Shown here piece after piece: positions 29,025-39,065 of a stretch of DNA of 64,000 nucleotides. Where the stretch lies: IMG/VR virus record IMGVR_UViG_3300033072_000326, positions 1 through 64,000 of that record; one strand, written 5' to 3'. The notes beneath the pieces are model-generated. The model searched no databases. It was not told where the DNA came from and saw only the letters and a program-made list of their open reading frames with translations. A program made the translations under genes and the position numbers. Origin of the DNA: a virus (lineage: Duplodnaviria; Caudoviricetes). The stretch's first letter is position 1, and each line of letters opens with the position of its first letter.

Positions 29025-29053
29025 TTGACAGAGTGACAATTCTGTGGTATAAT
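29025..29053 (+). promoter_or_regulatory. Consensus sigma70 promoter inside the intron
   Basis: TTGACA-17 nt-TATAAT, 33 nt upstream of the HNH ATG. Confidence 0.8.
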
Positions 29054-29086
29054 ATGTTTTTAACATAGAAATGGGCAATCAGCAGC

Positions 29087-29746
29087 ATGAAACCACATCC
29101 GATTTATACAAAATACCTTATTACGCAAGATGGTCGAGTTGTAAACTCTATAACTGGAAAAGAGTGTAAACAACGAGAAAACGACTTTGGCTACATGCTA
29201 GTGTCTGTCGAAAAGAGTTCCAAAAGGGTTCACAGGCTTGTTGCAGAAACTTATTTAGAAAATCCTCAAAACAAGAGAGAAGTCAATCACAAAGATTGTG
29301 ATAAGAAAAACAATCATGTTGACAATCTTGAATGGGTGTCTAGTAAAGAGAACAAAGCACACGCTTGGGAACACAACCTCTATTCAGACATAGCAGAAGA
29401 CCATTATGCGGCTATCTGGTCTAACGACGAAATCCATCAAATATGTAAAATGCTTGAAGATGGTGTAAGTAATAAAGTAATTTCAGAAATAACGGGTATG
29501 CACAAAGATCAAGTGGCACACATAAAACGTGGCGACTTGTGGGCAAGTATTTCATCACAGTACAATATCATCAGAAAGTCAAAAGAACGTTGGTCTGATG
29601 ATTTGATTGAGACTGTGTGTAGAATGTTATCTGAAGGTGTTCATTACGCGGAAATAGCAAGAACTCTGTCACTACCGGACAGAAGCGTAAATAGGATACA
29701 AAACAGAAAACTACATACTCGTATATCGGATAAATATAAGTGGTGA
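29087..29746 (+). CDS. Intron-encoded HNH homing endonuclease
   Basis: VHRLVAETYL...VNHKDCDKKNNHVDNLEWVS; two C-terminal HTH-like repeats. Confidence 0.92.
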   Translation: MKPHPIYTKYLITQDGRVVNSITGKECKQRENDFGYMLVSVEKSSKRVHRLVAETYLENPQNKREVNHKDCDKKNNHVDNLEWVSSKENKAHAWEHNLYSDIAEDHYAAIWSNDEIHQICKMLEDGVSNKVISEITGMHKDQVAHIKRGDLWASISSQYNIIRKSKERWSDDLIETVCRMLSEGVHYAEIARTLSLPDRSVNRIQNRKLHTRISDKYKW

Positions 29747-29916
29747 TGTTCAACGACTATCGAAAACACGTAGAAATACGGAAGTGAGTAGAGTACACTC
29801 AAGCGAGTGGAAACATAAGGCACCGAAAGGTGAAGATATAGTCTGATCTTGTGTGAAAGCACAAGCTGCACGTAGTGGTGCGGGGGAGGTGTAGCGAGCC
29901 TCCTTGAACAACAATG

Positions 29917-31011
29917 AAAGGCAGCCTGATGAGCGAAGAAGTTAAGTCACAGTTTAGCGAACATATGGGAGGAGGTTTGTCCATCTTTGCTGAAGCAATT
30001 ACAGGTAAGAAAGGTGTAGAAGCAACAAAAACCTTCATGGATGGTATGAAGAAGGGTTTGTACGACAGTGCTAAATGGCTGCCAATTGTAGCTGAACGCA
30101 TGAAGAAAATGGCGTATGAAAGTGGTGTTGTTGACAAGAGTACAAAGAACCTTGAGTCTTCTGTCAACCGCTTGAGCAATGCTTGGTTTGAATTGATGTC
30201 CAACAGCGAAGAGAATGGATTGGGTGGTGTGATGGCTCGTGTCATTGACTACACAACAGAGAAACTTCGTGACTTGGATAAATGGCTACAGAACAACAAA
30301 GAGACGATTGACACGATTGGTGCTGCATTTGATGTTGCATTCGCAGCAGCTAAGTTGTTGTTCAACTATCTCGTAAGCGACACAGGTGTTCTCATCCTTC
30401 TCATCACATTGGCAAGTAAAGCCGGTAAGATATTGAAAGGGATGTTGCCTATGGCACGTCTACTTCCATTCTTCATTCTGGCAGGTTTGTTCACCGAGAT
30501 TAAGAGTACAATTGAAGGTGCAGACACCATCTTTACGCGGATGGGTATTACAGCTAAGCAGATGGCTGACCACTTCGATAAGTATGGGAAGATGTACGGC
30601 ATTGTTGGTGGTGCTGTAGTCGGTGCAAATACAGGCAAGGTGGGCGGTGCATACGGGGCAGCTGGTGGTGCAATTATTGGCGGTGTTCTTGGTGCTAACA
30701 TTATGTCTGATGAGCAGGCACGCCGTCGCACTATCATCCGCGAAGCATTCAAAGAGAAAGGTGCAGCACTTTGGAACAATGCTAAGGTGATTAACAATGC
30801 ACTTGGTGCAGGTATGACACCTGAAGAACTTCAAAGCATGGGTGCAACCCCTTATCAAATGAAGGCAGCCACAGGGGATATTCCACGCCCTGCAACAAAA
30901 GGCGGTGTTGTTATCAACGGGAATGTGAACGTAACAGCTGATAATGTCGAAGCGTTCCAGAAATCTTTGGAAGCGGAAGCAGCAAAAGCAGGAGCAAAAG
31001 GTAAACAATAA
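29917..31011 (+). CDS. Tape measure protein, exon 2 (spliced ~845 aa)
   Basis: NRLSNAWFEL, hydrophobic segments, Gly-rich GGAIIGG. Confidence 0.88.
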   Translation, partial: KGSLMSEEVKSQFSEHMGGGLSIFAEAITGKKGVEATKTFMDGMKKGLYDSAKWLPIVAERMKKMAYESGVVDKSTKNLESSVNRLSNAWFELMSNSEENGLGGVMARVIDYTTEKLRDLDKWLQNNKETIDTIGAAFDVAFAAAKLLFNYLVSDTGVLILLITLASKAGKILKGMLPMARLLPFFILAGLFTEIKSTIEGADTIFTRMGITAKQMADHFDKYGKMYGIVGGAVVGANTGKVGGAYGAAGGAIIGGVLGANIMSDEQARRRTIIREAFKEKGAALWNNAKVINNALGAGMTPEELQSMGATPYQMKAATGDIPRPATKGGVVINGNVNVTADNVEAFQKSLEAEAAKAGAKGKQ

Positions 31012-31760
31012 TGAGTGCCATAAGTATTAAAAGGAAAAACGGCGACATTATCCATTTAACAGAGGTTGTGCGTTATGGGAAGGATTTTATCAATTCTGTA
31101 ACAAACAACCCTGTCGAGAATGGTAGCAAGATTGCCGATCACGTTCAAAGCGAAAATGCCCGTTTTTCAATTAACGGGTATATTGCTTGGATAGATATTA
31201 CAAATCAAACAGGTATTACAGCAGGAAGAAATGTTCAATCACAGACAGAGGATGTAACAATTCTTGGTCAAAAGGCTCCTACGTTGTTTGGTGGTGGTGA
31301 GGTGTATAGAGCACTCAAGGCTATCAGAGACAATAAAGAGCTTGTAGATATTATTGAAACATCTGTACGCTCCAGTGCCTTATATAGTCAATCTGGAACA
31401 GAGGGATTCACTCTTCACAAAAATTGTATACTTACTTCTCTGTCTTTTGACGAGGATAGTGAAACAGGTGATGGTACTAATGTTTCTCTTAGTTTTGAAC
31501 AAATTCGTCTTGTAACACTTCGTGAAGTTGTGGTGAAAGTGCCAGTACAGTCTAAAGGGAACGGGGACAAGGGTACAAACAAGGGAAATAAAACGAGTTC
31601 CAACAAACCCTCCACTAACCCAGCAGCACAGGGTTCAAAAACACAGGATAAAGGTGAGCTGGCCGGTGGTGGAGATGATTTTGGAAATCTACAAAATACT
31701 GTAAAAGTGCTTGGTGACAAGCTTAAATTCAATACCAAAAAAGACACCTATTTTGAGTAG
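31011..31760 (+). CDS. Distal tail / tube-initiator-like protein
   Basis: NNPVENGSKIADHV...LSFEQIRLV; follows TMP. Confidence 0.7.
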   Translation: MSAISIKRKNGDIIHLTEVVRYGKDFINSVTNNPVENGSKIADHVQSENARFSINGYIAWIDITNQTGITAGRNVQSQTEDVTILGQKAPTLFGGGEVYRALKAIRDNKELVDIIETSVRSSALYSQSGTEGFTLHKNCILTSLSFDEDSETGDGTNVSLSFEQIRLVTLREVVVKVPVQSKGNGDKGTNKGNKTSSNKPSTNPAAQGSKTQDKGELAGGGDDFGNLQNTVKVLGDKLKFNTKKDTYFE

Positions 31761-31764
31761 TATA

Positions 31765-31792
31765 TTGACTTATTTGAAATATGTGGTATAAT
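31765..31792 (+). promoter_or_regulatory. sigma70-type promoter
   Basis: TTGACT-16 nt-TATAAT with TG extension. Confidence 0.75.
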
Positions 31793-31803
31793 AGAGGATA
31801 TAC

Positions 31804-32172
31804 ATGGCTTATAATGATTTAAAAGATTTGGACACCTCTTTATTGTCCATTCAACCTCTTTATTTGTTCCCCGATGTTTCGTATTCTTATACTACAACAC
31901 TGGAACAAAAAACATACAAAATATCTATTCTATGGACAGCGTTTAGTGAGTCATGGTCTTTCTCTCTTTATGATGAAGACGAAGAACCAATCCTGCTAAA
32001 TCAAGCTCTTGTCCCCTCGTTTCCAATTGATGTTCCAATACTAGCAGGGTTGGCAGGGTATTTCACTCTTGTACCCGTTGCAGATAATTCAGATGGGAAG
32101 TGGGACAATTTAAAATGGGATTTACATAAAAACTACAATCTTGTCTATGTAACTAAGACAGAATTAATTTAA
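31804..32172 (+). CDS. Baseplate-associated small protein
   Basis: YSYTTTLEQKTY...W...W..SLYD pattern; synteny. Confidence 0.6.
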   Translation: MAYNDLKDLDTSLLSIQPLYLFPDVSYSYTTTLEQKTYKISILWTAFSESWSFSLYDEDEEPILLNQALVPSFPIDVPILAGLAGYFTLVPVADNSDGKWDNLKWDLHKNYNLVYVTKTELI

Positions 32173-32181
32173 GGAGATAGG

Positions 32182-33234
32182 ATGTCTGCAAACGAAGAAT
32201 TTATCTATCTCGCAGAGGATGGTAGTAAGACAGAAGTGCCAGAGAATAGCACTTTGAATTTAGAGTACGCAGACTACTATCCTGAAGATACAACAGCATA
32301 CCAATTCATGCGGATATATGAGTTGGTTATTGCTGATGGTTACGAAAGTAAGGGCGTTGCCATTCAAGATTTACAAGTGAACTTCACCGTAAAGAAAGTG
32401 AGCAACGATGCTGAAACACCAAGTGAAGCTACTATCTCCATCACCAACCTTGCCGAAGACACTATCAAAATACTGTCTAAGAAGTGGCCTGTTGTTAGCC
32501 TCAAGGTAGGTTATTTGAAAACGGGACTCAACTCCTTGTTTGTCGGGGAGGTGTATGATCTTGAAACTAAACGACAAGGAACAGATAGGATTACAACATT
32601 CAAAGCTGTTCCGTTGAAGAGCAAGGTGGATTATGAGTATGTCTCTAGTTTTGTACCTGCCGGTGGTACACTTGCAGATGCGTTAGAGAGTATTAGAAAA
32701 GTGTTAGGTGCTGCTAAAGGTATTTGGCGGAGCGATAAATTAAACTACTCTGCACCGTTTGGTTGGTCTGTGGCTGGAAGTCCTAAACAAGAACTTCAGC
32801 GCCTATGTGATGCCTACAATTTAGAATATCGCATAGAGAAGAATGCTTTGTACGTTAATGATATTGCCGTCTCCTCTGATAGCACACTTTCTCAAGCTCC
32901 ATTGCTTACATACGAAACAGGATTGCTTGAAGGGCCGTATGACAGTACAACACGAATTAAACGCGGAAAACTCGACCCTCTTCGCAAGAAATCCTTCTAC
33001 GTGAAAGCACTCCTCAACCCTTCAGTTAAAGCTGGTTGGATGGTGAAGATTAGCGGTACAGGGGATGACGATGGTGTCTACAAAGTAGAGAGTGCAAACT
33101 TCCGTGGAGATTATCGGGGCGGGGATTGGATAATGGAGCTTGATCTTGTAACCACTGACGAGTTTGCAAAACTACGTGCAGAGGATGCACGCAAACAAGA
33201 GAAGAAAAAAGATAAGAAAGAAGAGGTGAAGTAA
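32182..33234 (+). CDS. Baseplate hub protein
   Basis: ATISITNL, GLLEGP, ALLNPSVKAG...GDYRGGDW. Confidence 0.75.
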   Translation: MSANEEFIYLAEDGSKTEVPENSTLNLEYADYYPEDTTAYQFMRIYELVIADGYESKGVAIQDLQVNFTVKKVSNDAETPSEATISITNLAEDTIKILSKKWPVVSLKVGYLKTGLNSLFVGEVYDLETKRQGTDRITTFKAVPLKSKVDYEYVSSFVPAGGTLADALESIRKVLGAAKGIWRSDKLNYSAPFGWSVAGSPKQELQRLCDAYNLEYRIEKNALYVNDIAVSSDSTLSQAPLLTYETGLLEGPYDSTTRIKRGKLDPLRKKSFYVKALLNPSVKAGWMVKISGTGDDDGVYKVESANFRGDYRGGDWIMELDLVTTDEFAKLRAEDARKQEKKKDKKEEVK

Positions 33235-33956
33235 TGTCCTACCTGCATTCAATTGCCGCTGGTTGGATGGTGAATAAATACACGTCTATGCCTGCAAAGG
33301 TGGTGAGATTTGATTTTGAGAACCAGTGTGTAGATATCATCCCTTGGATTAATGTAGTCGATACAGGCACTAATGATGAACTACAGCGACCTATGGTGGC
33401 AGCTGTGCCTATCTTGTTTCCTTGCTCCAGTACCAGCGCAATTACTTTCCCAATTAAAGAGGGTGACTTTGTTTTAGCTGTTTGGTCAATGCGTGCTGTT
33501 GATTTGTGGAAACAAAATGGCTCTTCTTCTCCAACAGACTTTCGAATGTTTGACATTCAAGATGCATTTGCAATCCCTTGTACATTCCCGCGTGACCGAG
33601 CAAAGACGAGACACGGACAATCTCCTGACGATTTAGTGTTGGTGCATAATATCGGTGGTAGTCAGAATGAAATTCATCTGAAAGCCAATGGAGACATTGT
33701 AGCAAGGAGCCCTACAACATTCAAGGTGGAATGCTCTGAGTTTGTTGTAGATGCTTCTAACGCAACAATCAATGCTCCAACAGCCGTGAATGGAACAGCA
33801 TCAATTAGCGGCAAGACAACAATGTCTGCTGGCTTTGACAGCAATGCGGCTTCCACTGTAACTGGTGGTATTGGTATTGACGGAATCCAATTTGGTGATC
33901 ACAGACACCATTACGACGATGATGGTAATGATGAAATTACGGGAGTACCTGTTTAA
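33234..33956 (+). CDS. Baseplate central spike (gpV/Gp138-like)
   Basis: PILFP...FPIKEGD...RMFDIQDAFAIP; C-terminal HRH metal-binding motif. Confidence 0.85.
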   Translation: MSYLHSIAAGWMVNKYTSMPAKVVRFDFENQCVDIIPWINVVDTGTNDELQRPMVAAVPILFPCSSTSAITFPIKEGDFVLAVWSMRAVDLWKQNGSSSPTDFRMFDIQDAFAIPCTFPRDRAKTRHGQSPDDLVLVHNIGGSQNEIHLKANGDIVARSPTTFKVECSEFVVDASNATINAPTAVNGTASISGKTTMSAGFDSNAASTVTGGIGIDGIQFGDHRHHYDDDGNDEITGVPV

Positions 33957-34321
33957 TGGACATTCTACTGATTAAAGAAACAGGTGATGCTGCCTTCCAG
34001 AATGGAGCAATTCCAGTAACAGATGAAGCAAGACAGAGTGTTGCACAGCGATTGACAATTCTTTTGTCTACATTCAAAGCTGAGTGGTTTATAGATCAAG
34101 ACTACGGCATCGACTACATTGGTCAAGTAATGGGACGTAAGCGCAGTAAGAGTGCAATTGATACATTGTTCCAATCTGCTATCCTCTCTGAACCACTCGT
34201 TAAATCCATTGCTTCATTCTCTTCTGATATTGGCAGCGATAGAAAATATTCTGTTACATTCACAGCTATTACAGACACAGGTGAAATAACAGAGCCTATA
34301 ACAATTAACTTAGGACTCTAA
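33956..34321 (+). CDS. Baseplate wedge (gp25-like/DUF2634)
   Basis: VAQRL...FKAEWFIDQDYGIDY. Confidence 0.8.
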   Translation: MDILLIKETGDAAFQNGAIPVTDEARQSVAQRLTILLSTFKAEWFIDQDYGIDYIGQVMGRKRSKSAIDTLFQSAILSEPLVKSIASFSSDIGSDRKYSVTFTAITDTGEITEPITINLGL

Positions 34322-34322
34322 T

Positions 34323-35768
34323 ATGGCAGGAATCACAGAGCAAGGGTTTGACATTAAACGCCTTGACACTCTGCTAGCAGAAAGACGAGCGCAAGCTGTA
34401 GCTCTGTTCCAAGAGCTTGTTCCAGAGGGTGAGGTGGTGGATACATCCAACTCTTCTCTTCTAGGACGATTGATTGCTCTCGTCACTCCTTCTGAAGCAG
34501 ACCTGTGGGAAGCAATGCTTTCTACATACCAATCTTTTGACCCTGAACAAGCCTTTGGTGTTTCTCTGGATAACATTGTAACACTGTCTGGTTTGACACG
34601 ATTTGCAGCTAAGGCAACAACAGCTCAATGTCTGTTTGAAATTGCTCCAGCAACAACGCTGACAACAGCACAGCAAGTGAGTAGTAGTGTTAGTGGGAAA
34701 CGCTTTGCTCTTACAGAAACTGTTACATTCTCTCTTGCAGCAGCTAGTTCTGTCAAGATTGTTGTTCCAACAATTAGCAATTCCACAACATACAGCGTTG
34801 CATATAAAGCTTCCGGTACAACAGATTCCCCAACTGTACGTTCTTATACATCCGATAGTTCTGCAACACAAGACGAGGTGTTGAATGGCATTGTAGCCGC
34901 TTTTGCTTCAGATGCATCCTTTACGGCTACGCGAGATGGTACAACCATTTACATTAAAGCCAACGACCCTCTGTTGCGCCGTGACTTTACGCTTACCAAC
35001 ACAGCAGCTTCATTCGTATTCCGCGTAGCCACTGTTGAGTGTACAGAAACTGGCATTGTAGAGCAAGCTCCAAACACCATTGCAACGATTGATACACCTG
35101 TTATTGGTTGGGCAAGCGTAAACAACCCAGTTGCAGCTGTTGTTGGTAATGATTTAGAAACAGACGAAGAGTTGCGTCTACGCTTCAAACAGAACAAAGC
35201 ACGTAGTTCTACAGGCACTGTAACAGCTCTTTATTCTGCTTTGACAGCTCTTGACAGCGTAGCAGAAGTTAAGGTGGTAGAGAACGATACAAACGCAACA
35301 GACAGTAATGGTCTGCCTGCTAAATCGTTTATGTGTATTGTGGATGGCGGTAATAGCTCCGACATTGCTAATGCAATCTGGCAGAAGAAACCAGCTGGCG
35401 TGTTGGCTTATGGGAATACATCTGTTTCTGTCGTAGACAGCCAAGGCTTTAGCCATAACATCAGCTTCCAACGTGCAGCTGATGTGAACGTGTATATTGA
35501 TCTGAACATCTCCACATACACTGGCGCTCCACCAACAGCTGTTGCAGACATCAAGGCTGCTCTTGTTGCTTATATTGATGCGCTGAAGATTGGTGATGAT
35601 GTTGTTTACTCACGCCTATTCACACCTATCAACACTGTTGCTGGCGTTCAAGTGAACAGCATGTTCATTGGTACAAGTGCAAGTCCAACAGGTACGGCAA
35701 ACATTCCTGTGTCTCTGACACAAAAAGCATTCACACAAAATACATTCATCACCATCACTGTTGTGTAA
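34323..35768 (+). CDS. Baseplate J-like protein
   Basis: GNDLETDEELRLR, IWQKKPAGV, IGDDVVYSRL. Confidence 0.88.
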   Translation: MAGITEQGFDIKRLDTLLAERRAQAVALFQELVPEGEVVDTSNSSLLGRLIALVTPSEADLWEAMLSTYQSFDPEQAFGVSLDNIVTLSGLTRFAAKATTAQCLFEIAPATTLTTAQQVSSSVSGKRFALTETVTFSLAAASSVKIVVPTISNSTTYSVAYKASGTTDSPTVRSYTSDSSATQDEVLNGIVAAFASDASFTATRDGTTIYIKANDPLLRRDFTLTNTAASFVFRVATVECTETGIVEQAPNTIATIDTPVIGWASVNNPVAAVVGNDLETDEELRLRFKQNKARSSTGTVTALYSALTALDSVAEVKVVENDTNATDSNGLPAKSFMCIVDGGNSSDIANAIWQKKPAGVLAYGNTSVSVVDSQGFSHNISFQRAADVNVYIDLNISTYTGAPPTAVADIKAALVAYIDALKIGDDVVYSRLFTPINTVAGVQVNSMFIGTSASPTGTANIPVSLTQKAFTQNTFITITVV

Positions 35769-35777
35769 GGAGAGAAT

Positions 35778-36500
35778 ATGGCTCTGAACACATTTAACAA
35801 GGTGGAATACTATGATGAAGCCAAAACACGGTATACAGATTTCCTAACAGATAAGCCCGTCTTTGATAAGTATGTACAGCTGATGTTGAACGAGAAAATC
35901 AACATTCAAAAAGCTATGCAAGACTTGATGCAACTGAGAAGCTTGGACACAGCCAAAGGTGTTCATCTTGACAATATCGGTAACATTGTTGGACAAGAAC
36001 GCATTCTAGTTGACACTGGACTGTACATATATTTCGGTTGGGAAGAAGACCCTACAGCTGGTACTTGGGCTGATGATAATGTTCCCTCTTCTGGTTATCA
36101 ATGGATTAGTGAAGATACAGCAGAAAATCTCACAGACTTTGTTTACATTGATGATGATACATATCGTTTGTTCATTCGCAGTAAAATATTGAAGAACATC
36201 TCAGGTATTAGTCCAGAAGAAATTATTCAATTCTTCAATTTCCTCTTCAACACCACATCTACAAAACTGACAGAACTTTACCCTAACACCTGCATTATTG
36301 GTATTGGTAAAGAGTTGTCATTCCAAGAAAAACAATTCCTCAATTACAGCGTTGCCAATCCATCCTATTCAGATAAGTTGTTCCCAAAACCTGCCGGTGT
36401 TAGCTTTCAATTCCTAGAGCTACAAACTCCGTTCTTCGGTTTTGCAGGGACGACAGGTGCTGCTGGGTTTGGTGTTGGTAAGCTTTCGGGAGCTATTTAA
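35778..36500 (+). CDS. Baseplate wedge (DUF2612-like)
   Basis: LDTAKGVHLDNIGNIVGQER, DDDTYRLFIRSKI, PKPAGV. Confidence 0.8.
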   Translation: MALNTFNKVEYYDEAKTRYTDFLTDKPVFDKYVQLMLNEKINIQKAMQDLMQLRSLDTAKGVHLDNIGNIVGQERILVDTGLYIYFGWEEDPTAGTWADDNVPSSGYQWISEDTAENLTDFVYIDDDTYRLFIRSKILKNISGISPEEIIQFFNFLFNTTSTKLTELYPNTCIIGIGKELSFQEKQFLNYSVANPSYSDKLFPKPAGVSFQFLELQTPFFGFAGTTGAAGFGVGKLSGAI

Positions 36501-37351
36501 TGGCAGAGACAAGTAAGCCAAGTTATGCATACACATGGGCGTCTGGTGGTGATAAACAGACGCTTACACAAACAATCATACAACAAGGTTGGACAGTAGC
36601 AAAACCTTCTTTCCAACGCGCAAATGCTGTCGAGAGTCGTCAAGACTTGATGCTCCAACACATCGACCAACATGGTGTTCCGGTTTGGAGCAGTGACACA
36701 GAGTATTTTGCAAATAAGAGTTGGGTGACAGGCAGTAATGGTGAACTATATCGGGCTGTAGCCGACTCCGTAGGCGTAAACCCTGTTGGGGATACAAGCA
36801 ATAAATGGTATCGTGTACTAGATGAATTCTTCACTAAGACACAATCCGACGCCCGTTATCTGGGGTTAGCTGTCCCTAGTGGTGCAGTATTTCACTTCGC
36901 TATGCAGACAGCTCCGGCTGGCTATTTGGTATGTAACGGCGCTGCCGTGTCTCGTGCAGCCTTCCCAGCTCTGTTTGCTGCTATTGGTACATTGTACGGC
37001 AACGGTGATGGTAGTACAACATTCAATCTCCCTGATTTACGCGGGGAGTTTATTCGTGGTGTTGACCTTGGGAAAGGTATAGACAGCGGTCGAGTGTTTG
37101 GTAGCAAGCAAAAAGGCAGTTTGGTGGGAGGTTATGACGACAACAGCACTGCCTCCGATATTGCACCTCTTCCTAACAAAGCAACAAACGATTACGGCAC
37201 AGATACTTTCCTACCCTCCGATTACGGTATCACTGCTGTTGGGTACGGTAGTGTAGTTGGGGGAGGTACTTATCCTGTTACACAAGCAAACAGCTGGTAT
37301 GGTGTTACTAGACCAACCAACGTGGCGCTACTTCCGTGTATTAAGGTGTAA
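36500..37351 (+). CDS. Tail fibre 1 with collar domain
   Basis: PAGYLVCNGAAVSRAAFPALFAAIGTLYGNGDGSTTFNLPDLRGEFIRG collar motif; TRPTNVALLPCIK terminus. Confidence 0.9.
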   Translation: MAETSKPSYAYTWASGGDKQTLTQTIIQQGWTVAKPSFQRANAVESRQDLMLQHIDQHGVPVWSSDTEYFANKSWVTGSNGELYRAVADSVGVNPVGDTSNKWYRVLDEFFTKTQSDARYLGLAVPSGAVFHFAMQTAPAGYLVCNGAAVSRAAFPALFAAIGTLYGNGDGSTTFNLPDLRGEFIRGVDLGKGIDSGRVFGSKQKGSLVGGYDDNSTASDIAPLPNKATNDYGTDTFLPSDYGITAVGYGSVVGGGTYPVTQANSWYGVTRPTNVALLPCIKV

Positions 37352-37357
37352 AGCAAT

Positions 37358-37795
37358 ATGGATGCACTACTGGCAACTCTAACACCAGAAACACTGGATG
37401 TTGTATTTAAATACGGTGGTGCATCACTGTTTCTTCTGATTATCTTCTACTGGCTTGCAAACAACTTGAAAATGAGTATGTTTGAGCAGGGGATGAAACA
37501 GGATGCATATACAGCTTTAACAAAACAGCTTACAGATTTACGGGAAGATTTTGATAAAGAGCGGGACAAGCTCGAAGAAGCTTATAAGCAACGTAATGAA
37601 GCCATTTCAGAGCTGAAGAAATGGCAAATGCTTGCCGAACGAATGGAAGTGGAGATGCAAGAGATGAAGGAAGAGCTTCGCGCTAATAACGAGTTTATTC
37701 GTGAAGTGTTGAACTCCATATATGTATTTGCAGCAACGCACCCCCAAGAGGCATCTCTTTTACATATCCCTGTGCTTCCACAGAAAAACAAATAA
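37358..37795 (+). CDS. Single-TM coiled-coil protein
   Basis: One hydrophobic helix (GGASLFLLIIFYWLA) followed by a long heptad-like region. Confidence 0.65.
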   Translation: MDALLATLTPETLDVVFKYGGASLFLLIIFYWLANNLKMSMFEQGMKQDAYTALTKQLTDLREDFDKERDKLEEAYKQRNEAISELKKWQMLAERMEVEMQEMKEELRANNEFIREVLNSIYVFAATHPQEASLLHIPVLPQKNK

Positions 37796-37804
37796 GGAAT
37801 AAAT

Positions 37805-39064
37805 ATGGCAGACATTCAAAAACCTGACATGGCAAAGACATGGGCAAATGCGGGAGATAAAACACCGCCTGCTGATAGCTTAATCAATACTGGTTGGAAT
37901 AGTGGAGATATTCCGGCAAATACTGATTTTAACTTTATTGATGCACGCCAAGATCAGGGTGTTGCATATATGTTGCAAAAAGGTATTCCCGAGTGGGATA
38001 GTGCAACTGAATATCAGGCAAATAAAAGTTGGGTGCAATATGGTGGTAAAATTTATAAGGCAATCCAAACAGGTGTAAACAAGCAACCAAATACACAGAC
38101 AGCTTACTGGCAGGATGCCACTTTCAGCAACGTCACCGCCCCTGATGTTGACCCGTCTAGGAAGCTCCGAGTGGTTGCCGGTGTACTTAGGAATACTGGT
38201 ACTGGCTGGGATTGGATTAATAATAGCGGACATACACCCGTAGGTTTTGGTGCCGTATCTGTCGTTGGTAATGCTATACGTGTAAATTACACATTTACTG
38301 CTAATAAAGTAGTGTCCTTGGTTGTATGTCCTGATGAGACATTTGCTCTCCAAGGATTATCTTGTGGTGCCAGTGTAGGTACGACTTATTCCGACATCTT
38401 CTTGGCTGCTCCTCTGAAATTTACAGTGGACTGTGCTACCAATGCAGTAATATCGCCAGATATTTTCTCCGGTCTAGTAACCTCAAGCAATGCATCTGGT
38501 GTCACTACCATCTCCCACCCTTCGTGTACAGCAAACTATGCACCATCTTCATCGCAACTTCGGAAGACAAACGGGGATATGGGGCTGTACCCAACATTTG
38601 GTTATGCTAGTAATGCCACATATATAGAGCACAATACTGGCTTGTCAGGCTTATATCAATATAGCAGTGGTTGGGCACTTTTTACAGATATAGACACAAC
38701 AAGACATCCATTTACTGCAACATGGAATGCGGTAGCAGGTGCTCTGGATATAACCCACCCAGCATGTGGTAATAATTACGATATCCAATTAACATCTCGT
38801 GGCACGCTTATCCCAGTCATCTCCTCCACAGCAGGTACTTTTGATAAGACAAAGTTTCGTGTTGAGTTTTACGACTACGCCGGTGTTAAAGTTACAGCAC
38901 AATCTTCTGCTATGAATTTTTCATTCGCAAGACAAGCAGTTTGTCGTTCTCTAACTGTGTCAAATGGCCTTTACTCTATAGATAGAGGTTATGCAACATT
39001 AGACCCATCGCAATTGGTATCCAGCACAGGAAACCTGTGGGTGTACGGTATTATGGAGGTATGA
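37805..39064 (+). CDS. Tail fibre/spike 2
   Basis: N-terminus (KPDMAKTWANAGDK...GIPEWDSATEYQANKSWV) parallels fibre 1; distinct C-terminal domain. Confidence 0.8.
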   Translation: MADIQKPDMAKTWANAGDKTPPADSLINTGWNSGDIPANTDFNFIDARQDQGVAYMLQKGIPEWDSATEYQANKSWVQYGGKIYKAIQTGVNKQPNTQTAYWQDATFSNVTAPDVDPSRKLRVVAGVLRNTGTGWDWINNSGHTPVGFGAVSVVGNAIRVNYTFTANKVVSLVVCPDETFALQGLSCGASVGTTYSDIFLAAPLKFTVDCATNAVISPDIFSGLVTSSNASGVTTISHPSCTANYAPSSSQLRKTNGDMGLYPTFGYASNATYIEHNTGLSGLYQYSSGWALFTDIDTTRHPFTATWNAVAGALDITHPACGNNYDIQLTSRGTLIPVISSTAGTFDKTKFRVEFYDYAGVKVTAQSSAMNFSFARQAVCRSLTVSNGLYSIDRGYATLDPSQLVSSTGNLWVYGIMEV

Positions 39065-39065
39065 T

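Larger units (their letters stand above)
28953..29916 (+). mobile_element. Group I intron with HNH ORF in tape measure gene (964 nt)
   Basis: 7-bp P1 GTTGAGT/GCTCAAC with U-G splice pair. P AATTGCTGGAA 28981, Q AATCAGCAG 29077, R TCAACGACTA 29750, S AAGATATAGTC 29833; terminal G 29916. Confidence 0.93.
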
